Below are positions 58,281 through 64,000 of a stretch of 64,000 nt of DNA, in pieces. The notes under the pieces are model-generated. The model had not been told where the DNA came from. It searched no databases and was given only the letters and a program-made list of their open reading frames with translations. Source of the DNA: Planctomycetota bacterium (lineage in GTDB: Bacteria; Planctomycetota; UBA1135; GCA-002686595); contig JBCDGE010000012.1 in the NCBI GenBank assembly GCA_038757895.1, forward strand, positions 1 to 64,000, written 5' to 3'. Numbering within the stretch: position 1 is the stretch's first letter; each line of letters begins with the position of its first letter. The position numbers and the translations under genes were made by a program.

Positions 58281-60137
58281 CTACTCGAAGAAGACGGCCA
58301 GGCCGTCGGTGAAGTTCGAGATCGGGAACCCGAAGATCGTGTCGCGGTACCAGGCCTGGAAGCGCCAGGTGTCACCGGCGGCGACCGAGACCGCGCCCAG
58401 CGGCTGCGGGATCGTCGTCAGGTCGATGTCGATCGACGCCGTACCGGCACCGGTGGCGCCGACGACCTGGTTCACGAACCGCCCGATGTCGCCGCCGAGG
58501 CACAGGTTGCCGGCGCTCCCGCCGGGGTTCACGACGAAGCTCTCGTCCCGCGACACCAGGAACAGCGTCGGCGAGAACGGCGGAAGGCTGGACGCGGCGA
58601 GCTCGAAGTCGTTGAGGGCGACCTCGTTGGAGCCCGCGAACGTGATCTCGGCCGAGAGCCCGGAGGAGTTCGCGATGGCGGGACCGCAGTAATTGACGCC
58701 GGCCGCGCCGAAGGCGACGGCCTCGTCGGCGGCGGCCTCGAGGTTCATGCGACCACCGGACACCGTGAATCCGTCGAGGGTCGGACGCACGTCGACGGTG
58801 TCGATCAGGATGCGCTTGATCTCCAGCGCCGCGGCGGCCGGGTCGGCGTCGCGGAAGAGGGCGAATTCGGGGCTCGCGACCGAGTGCAGGAGAGCGATCG
58901 CGCCGGTGACCTGCGGCGTCGCCATCGAGGTCCCGGTCAGGTTGCCGTAGCCGCCACCGGTGACCGTGCTGCGGATCGACGCACCGGGCGCGCCGAGGTC
59001 GATCTGCGTGAGGCCGAAGCCCGAGAACGTCCGGCGGTCGTCGTCGTTGGTCGCGGTGACCGACACCACCCAGTCGCTGGTGCACCCGGTCGGGACGTCA
59101 CCCTGCGTGTCGACGTTGATCTGACTGTTGGCCGTCGCGGCGCACGACAGGATGCCCGACTGCCCCATCAGGTCGTACATGTCGTTCCACGGCCGGTACT
59201 GGGGCGAGTTGCAGTTGGCAAAGTCGATGCCGAAGCTGGAGTTGGTGGCGACGATGTTCGCGCCCTCCGTTCCGTTCGAGGTCAGCCAGTCGTCCTTGAG
59301 ATCGAGCGCGTAGCCGTACGCGATCAGGACGGTCGAGGTGCTGCCGGACGAGCCCGCGATCGCGACGAACTGGCTGTTCCAGGACACGCCCGCGATGCCG
59401 ATACCGTTGTCGCCCTGGGCGGACGCGATTCCGGTGACGTGGGTGCCGTGCGTGCTGCCGGTGACCGAACCGGAGTTCGAGAACGCGTTCCAGCCGAAGC
59501 GGTCGTCGACGTAGCCGTTGCCGTCGTCGTCGACGCCGGGGGTGCCGTTGACCTCGGCGGTGTTCTCCCACCGGTTCCCGATCAGGTCGGGGTGGGTGTG
59601 CTCGGTGCCGCCGTCGACGATCGCGACGGCGAACTCGGACGAGCCGGTGCCGCGGTCCCAGGCCTCGGGCGCATCGATGTCGGCGTCGGTGGTTCCACCC
59701 GTCTGCCCCGTGTTGCGCTTGCCGTACTGCTGGTTGAACTGCGGGTCGTTCGGGATCGTGTCGCGGTTGGTGACCACGTGGTCGGGAGTCGCGTACTGGA
59801 TCCCAAGGCGCTGCTCCAGGTCCGCGGTGGCGTCGACGACCGAGGTGCCGTCGAGGATCTGGACGAGGAACAGGTCGAGGCCGCGGACGATCGGCCGCTC
59901 GATCGCGAAGCGCTCGCCGAGGATCGAGGCGCGCAGGTCCTCGGAGAGGCCCGCGCTGAACCGGACGAGCACCTGACCGTCGATGTACGACGGCTGCGGG
60001 CGGCCGTCACGGCCGTCCGCCGGCGTCACGACCGGACGCTCGGTGATCGGCCCGCGCTCCTGGGAGACGGCGGGCGGCGTGGGCGCCTGGGCGGGAGCGA
60101 CGAAGGGCGCAGCGACGACGAGTGCGACGTGGAGCAT
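58281..60137 (-). CDS. Secreted S8-family (subtilisin-like) serine peptidase with conserved C-terminal about 95-aa domain
   Basis: Signal peptide. Asp box AIVDGG, His box HGTHVTG, Ser box GTSMATPQVTG. C-terminus homologous to the C-terminus of the protein at 44118..46565. Confidence 0.85.
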   Translation of the reverse strand: MLHVALVVAAPFVAPAQAPTPPAVSQERGPITERPVVTPADGRDGRPQPSYIDGQVLVRFSAGLSEDLRASILGERFAIERPIVRGLDLFLVQILDGTSVVDATADLEQRLGIQYATPDHVVTNRDTIPNDPQFNQQYGKRNTGQTGGTTDADIDAPEAWDRGTGSSEFAVAIVDGGTEHTHPDLIGNRWENTAEVNGTPGVDDDGNGYVDDRFGWNAFSNSGSVTGSTHGTHVTGIASAQGDNGIGIAGVSWNSQFVAIAGSSGSTSTVLIAYGYALDLKDDWLTSNGTEGANIVATNSSFGIDFANCNSPQYRPWNDMYDLMGQSGILSCAATANSQINVDTQGDVPTGCTSDWVVSVTATNDDDRRTFSGFGLTQIDLGAPGASIRSTVTGGGYGNLTGTSMATPQVTGAIALLHSVASPEFALFRDADPAAAALEIKRILIDTVDVRPTLDGFTVSGGRMNLEAAADEAVAFGAAGVNYCGPAIANSSGLSAEITFAGSNEVALNDFELAASSLPPFSPTLFLVSRDESFVVNPGGSAGNLCLGGDIGRFVNQVVGATGAGTASIDIDLTTIPQPLGAVSVAAGDTWRFQAWYRDTIFGFPISNFTDGLAVFFE

Positions 60138-60309
60138 GTGCGTGGGATCGCACGGTGGGAACCGGGCGACGGGACAGGCCGGGGGATGGAGAGGCCGCGC
60201 GGGGGACGCGCGGCACTGAAGCGTCGCTCATAGACGCAGAGCGCGCCGCTGAGGATCCCCAGGCTTCTCGATTCGATCCCCATCGAAGGGGCACATGCGA
60301 CCCTCCGCC

Positions 60310-62637
60310 TCAATCGGAGAGCGCGGGCGCCCCGGACGTGGCCGCTCCACGACGCACGTCGATCCGGGCGCCCTGGACGCCGACGCCGCTCGTCCAGACG
60401 GCCGTGACGCTCCCGAGGCCGTCCGGCCCGGACGCGGAGCCGGCCGCCCCGGAGGGCGCGCTGACGGCGAGCTCCAGCCGGCCGCTGCGGCGCTCGGGCT
60501 CGACGTCCGCGATCCGGACCGGGGCCGACGGAGCCGCGCCGGGCGCGAGCAGGAGCGCGGACCAGCTCGCGCTGGACGTCGCACCGTCCGCGCCCGCGAC
60601 CTCGGCCAGGTGCACGAGCACGAAGCGCCCGTCGCCGACGGACGCGAGGTCGACGCGCCCCTGGGTCGCCCCCACCGCGACGTCGATCGGCGCGTCGTAC
60701 GTCCGTCCTCGATTGCGCGAGAACGCGACGCGGACGCGGCGCACGTCGAGGCCCTCGGCCTGCGTGAACCAGGCCACGGCGACGATGCGGCCGCTCGCGG
60801 CGACCGCGGGTCCGCTCACGGGGCAGCCCTCGATCCGCCAGCCGTCCTCATGCACGGGCGCGGGGTCGGTCCATCCGTCGGTGCGTCCGCCCTCCGCGCT
60901 CCCCCCTTCCGCGCCGGGCAGCCGCCGCACGGTCCAGATGTCCCGGACCTCGGAGTCCGAGCGGTCGCGGTACGCGACGACGACCGTGCCGTCGTCCAGC
61001 AGGGCCGCGTCCGTCGGGCAGCAGTCGCACACGCGATCGTCGAGCACGATCTCGTCGAGCCGCTCGCCGTTCGCGCGGATCGTCCTCGCGAGGAGCTGCG
61101 CTCCGCGGTTCGACGGGGACGGTCGCGCGTCGAGCCAGACGGCGAGCGCGCTCCCGCCGATCTCGGGGACCAGTGTGACGAAGCCGTGTTCGACCGCTGA
61201 CGCGTCGTCGTGCAGCCAGCCGAGATCACGGGCCGGTGGCCCGTCCTCCTCGATCGACAGGCGCACGCCGTGCGCGAAGGTCGACTCGGCCGCGATGCGC
61301 TCCAGCGTCGCGACGAGGAGCGCGCCGGAGGCCAGTCGCGTCGCGCGCGGGAGATCGGCCCAGTTCACGAACAGCGGACCGCGGTCCGCCGGGCTGCCGG
61401 GCCCGGGCTCGACGAGGGTGCGCTCGGGGAGCATCGATGGGTCGCGCCCACCGAGCAGCACGACGCGCCAGCCGTCGTCCCCGGCGGCCGCGGACGTCGC
61501 GCTCGCGATCAGGGGCGGGACCGCTCGGACCGCACCGGTCGCATCGCTCGCAGAGGATCCGTCCCCCGGCGAGCCGCGCTCGAGCGGCGAGAGCGCGGTC
61601 ATCCGCTCCACGAACGACGGGAACCGCGCGCTCGTCGGCCCGGGGACGGTCACGCGCGTCACCTCGAGACGGAGGCCCTCCAGCCGACGGTCGGGCGCGT
61701 CGCCCAGGAGGATCCCGGCGACGCCCGCGAATCCCACGAGCGTGCCGAGGATGCCCACCGGACCCGCGCGCTGACCGACGAACAGAGCGAGCGGAAGCGT
61801 GAACAGCGGCGTCGACGCGAACAGGAGCGCCGACACGCCACCGGGCAGCTCGCGGAGCGCGTAGTGGTACGGCAGCAGTCCGAAGATCGCGCAGCCGACG
61901 CCGGTGAGCGAAGCGCGCCCCCACACCGAAGCGGGCCCGGGCGCGACGAAGAGGGGCTGGATGAGGCGACTCACCTCCGCCGTGGCGGACGACCCCTGGC
62001 GGAGCCCGACGAGGAGCGCGAGGGGGAAGGCGCCGATCGCGCCGCCGAGCAGGCGAATGAACCCGCCGGGGCACACACCGACCTCGTCGAAGCGGCCGCG
62101 CCCGAGCGGCACCGCGGTCCCGATCGCGAACGCCGCGCACATGGCGAGGCCGACGCCGATCGCGTAGCTCGAACGCCCCCGCGGGCTCGACGGGTCGCCG
62201 CCGCGCCCGTGACGCGCGTCGAGGATGACGAGCAGGACCCCGACGAGTACGACCGCCATGAACGGCAGCATCTGCGTCTGGATGGCGTCCCCGGCGAGCG
62301 GCACCGCGAGCACGGTGGCGATCGGGACGTTGAGGAGCATCACCGTCGCCGCGGTCTGGACTCCGCAGCGCCGGAAGGCCGCGAAGTACAGCGTGTCCGC
62401 GACCGTGAAGCCGAGGAGCCCCGAGAGGAACAGCCAGCCCCAGGCCTCACCCACGGGCCACCTGCCGCCGAGCGTGAGCGCGGCGACGAAGAAGCAGAAG
62501 GCCGCGAGACCGTTCTTGAAGAGGTTGGCCGCCGCCGGCGTGACGTGGCCGTGCTCCAGAAGCCGGCTGATCGCGACCGACGCGACCGCCCAGCTTGCCG
62601 CGGCGCTCAGCGCGGCCAGGATCGCGAGCGTGGACAC
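60310..62637 (-). CDS. EamA/DMT-family transporter (about 10 TM) fused to a C-terminal BNR/sialidase-like beta-propeller-type domain
   Basis: N-terminal about 300 aa with duplicated EamA-like 5-TM halves. C-terminal about 470 aa carries Asp-box-like FSRNRGRTYD and repeated W/T-rich beta segments. 775 aa. Confidence 0.55.
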   Translation of the reverse strand: MSTLAILAALSAAASWAVASVAISRLLEHGHVTPAAANLFKNGLAAFCFFVAALTLGGRWPVGEAWGWLFLSGLLGFTVADTLYFAAFRRCGVQTAATVMLLNVPIATVLAVPLAGDAIQTQMLPFMAVVLVGVLLVILDARHGRGGDPSSPRGRSSYAIGVGLAMCAAFAIGTAVPLGRGRFDEVGVCPGGFIRLLGGAIGAFPLALLVGLRQGSSATAEVSRLIQPLFVAPGPASVWGRASLTGVGCAIFGLLPYHYALRELPGGVSALLFASTPLFTLPLALFVGQRAGPVGILGTLVGFAGVAGILLGDAPDRRLEGLRLEVTRVTVPGPTSARFPSFVERMTALSPLERGSPGDGSSASDATGAVRAVPPLIASATSAAAGDDGWRVVLLGGRDPSMLPERTLVEPGPGSPADRGPLFVNWADLPRATRLASGALLVATLERIAAESTFAHGVRLSIEEDGPPARDLGWLHDDASAVEHGFVTLVPEIGGSALAVWLDARPSPSNRGAQLLARTIRANGERLDEIVLDDRVCDCCPTDAALLDDGTVVVAYRDRSDSEVRDIWTVRRLPGAEGGSAEGGRTDGWTDPAPVHEDGWRIEGCPVSGPAVAASGRIVAVAWFTQAEGLDVRRVRVAFSRNRGRTYDAPIDVAVGATQGRVDLASVGDGRFVLVHLAEVAGADGATSSASWSALLLAPGAAPSAPVRIADVEPERRSGRLELAVSAPSGAAGSASGPDGLGSVTAVWTSGVGVQGARIDVRRGAATSGAPALSD

Positions 62638-62664
62638 GTCCTTGCGCTCACGCGCGCGAAGGGA

Positions 62665-62823
62665 TCAGCCCTTCGCGTCGTCCTTCGCGGCGTCCTTGGG
62701 AACGACGACGCCCTTGCGTGCGTCGCGGCGGGCGAGGAGGTACTTCCCCGACCCCATGCCGATCTTGCGGACGCGACGTCGGCCGCGCGTCGGGCCGCCT
62801 GCTTTGAACTGAGACTTCGCCAT
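62665..62823 (-). CDS. Small basic protein (52 aa; MAKSQFKAGGPTRGRRRVRKIGMGSGKYLLARRDARKG...)
   Basis: Hand-translated, not in the ORF track. Lys/Arg-rich, ribosomal-protein-like composition. 27 nt upstream of the DMT gene start. Confidence 0.3.
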   Translation of the reverse strand: MAKSQFKAGGPTRGRRRVRKIGMGSGKYLLARRDARKGVVVPKDAAKDDAKG

Positions 62824-63017
62824 GGCTGATGACCGCGAGCCGCCGCGGCGAGGAGGGCGGCGGCGCGAATGCGGCCCAAGAGACTAGGGGCGCCCCGGGG
62901 CCGTGTCGAGCCTCCCTGCGGTGGATCCGTGCGGTGGAACCGACTGGCCGGCGGCGGAGCCCCTCGACGATGACGAAGCCTGCCGGCCCCCCCCAGGACG
63001 CCCCGTAGACTCCCCGA

Positions 63018-63746
63018 ATGGCCGATCGGCGCATCTTCGTGGGCGACCTCCAGGGCTGCCGGGCCGAGTTCGAGGACCTGCTGGAGGCCGTCGGCTACGA
63101 CCCGGGAACCGACTCCCTCCACCCCGTCGGCGACCTCGTGAACCGTGGCCCGGACTCGCTCGGCGCCCTCCGGCTGTGCCGCGAGCTGGGGACGGAGCCG
63201 GTCCTGGGCAACCATGACGTCCACCTCCTTCGCCAGTGGCGCGATCCCGCCTGGCGGGGACGCCGGGACACGCTGGAGTCGATCCTCGCCGCGGACGACG
63301 GCCAGGAGCTGCTCGGCTGGCTCGAGTCCCTCCCCCTCGCGCTGGGCTGGGACGACGTCGTGTGCGTCCACGCGGGGATCCACCCGCGGTGGAGTGACCC
63401 CGTCGCGGCGGTCGCGGGCCGATCGCTCTTCGACCCCGACGACGACGCGGTCGAGTTCGTCGTGCGCGCCCGCTACTGTGACGACGAGGGCCGCATGCCG
63501 CGGGGCGGGGACTGGCCGCCGCCGGGCGCCCCCTTCCGTCCGTGGGACGAGCTCTGGCGCGCGCGCACGGACGAGTCGCGCACCGTCGTCTTCGGGCACT
63601 GGGCGCGACGTGGGATCGTCGACCTCGAACGGACGCGCGGCCTCGATGCGGGCTGCGTGTACGGCGGAGAGCTCGCCGCGTGGATCGCGGAAGAGGACCG
63701 GATCGTCCGTGTCCCCGCGCGCCGCGTGTGGTACGAGACGGCATGA
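63018..63746 (+). CDS. apaH: Bis(5'-nucleosyl)-tetraphosphatase (symmetrical)-like metallophosphoesterase
   Basis: [31 protein letters not shown] motifs of calcineurin-like phosphoesterases and ApaH. Confidence 0.7.
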   Translation: MADRRIFVGDLQGCRAEFEDLLEAVGYDPGTDSLHPVGDLVNRGPDSLGALRLCRELGTEPVLGNHDVHLLRQWRDPAWRGRRDTLESILAADDGQELLGWLESLPLALGWDDVVCVHAGIHPRWSDPVAAVAGRSLFDPDDDAVEFVVRARYCDDEGRMPRGGDWPPPGAPFRPWDELWRARTDESRTVVFGHWARRGIVDLERTRGLDAGCVYGGELAAWIAEEDRIVRVPARRVWYETA

Positions 63747-64000
63747 CCGGAGCGACCGCACCGAAGCCCGCGAGCCGCGCTCGCTACGTGGAGTTCGACT
63801 GGTACGAGACGCCCAAGTACTACGACGCGATCTTCGACGTCGACTCCGACGTCGAGGGCGCCTTCCTCGACGCCGCGTTCGAGAAGCACGCGACGCCCTC
63901 CGCGCGCGGACGCAAGCGCGTCCTGGAGCCGGCCTGCGGCTCGGGGCGCCTGCTCGTCGAGATGGCGCGCCGCGGCTGGAAGGCGCACGGGTTCGACCTG
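63743..64000 (+). CDS. Class I SAM-dependent methyltransferase (5' end; 3' end lies outside the window)
   Basis: [10 protein letters not shown] is motif I. ATG overlaps the apaH stop (ATGA). Confidence 0.5.
   Translation, partial: MTGATAPKPASRARYVEFDWYETPKYYDAIFDVDSDVEGAFLDAAFEKHATPSARGRKRVLEPACGSGRLLVEMARRGWKAHGFDL

Noticed and set aside
60122-62829. Plus-strand ORFs 60122..61774, 61210..62829, 61226..62140 (-)
   Set aside because: Antisense or alternative frames over the EamA-BNR gene. Ser/Arg/Ala-rich low-complexity translations.

Overview
This window is about 70% GC, bacterial, and from a diderm organism (lpxB and an LPS-kinase-like gene are present). The phylum cannot be determined from sequence alone. 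Coding density is high, and I discarded many long, low-complexity, Arg/Gly/Ala-rich ORFs as antisense artefacts of real genes.

Content in order:
- dnaJ (3' end), grpE, an FmdB zinc-ribbon protein, a HAD hydrolase, a lipoprotein, trkH-trkA, and a stand-alone PabA/TrpG-type amidotransferase.
- An LPS-kinase-like gene divergent from an ABC-2 exporter, a secreted HExxH protein, a TPR membrane protein, lpxB, an ECF sigma/anti-sigma pair, a YbjQ-family gene, a sulfatase-like enzyme with a Thr nucleophile, a nitroreductase, a prenyltransferase/squalene-cyclase-repeat protein, and an M48 peptidase.
- A 10-gene minus-strand aromatic supraoperon: trpE-trpG-trpD-trpC-trpF-trpB-trpA, chorismate mutase, a DAHP synthase and an ankyrin-repeat gene. 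Eight junctions show 4-nt ATGA/GTGA start/stop overlaps. Upstream lies a candidate 38-codon leader peptide with four Trp codons, followed by a 13-bp GC hairpin.
- A divergent NfeD-flotillin pair, then a roughly 960-bp lower-GC gap with a perfect 12-bp hairpin and a small membrane ORF, then a GT39-like glycosyltransferase.
- An approximately 4.3-kb low-GC island (about 34.9-39.2 kb; roughly 50% GC by eye). It carries a minus-strand four-gene cassette: a large 3-TM protein, a sensorless histidine kinase, a stand-alone receiver, and a protein with an RNA-polymerase alpha-CTD-like C-terminus. This cassette is the strongest candidate for an undescribed signalling or defence-like system.
- An aldehyde dehydrogenase, a Ser/Thr kinase-TPR protein convergent with an ECF sigma, and a large secreted protein.
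- lepB, an M24 peptidase, and an ABC-2 system whose second permease is fused to a CPBP/CAAX protease domain.
- Two secreted proteins, an ECF sigma with a FecR-like anti-sigma, an S8 peptidase, an EamA transporter fused to a BNR/sialidase-like domain, apaH and a methyltransferase (5' end).

The large secreted protein and the S8 peptidase share a conserved C-terminal domain of about 95 aa that I cannot assign to a known sorting signal.

I found no rRNA, tRNA or CRISPR.
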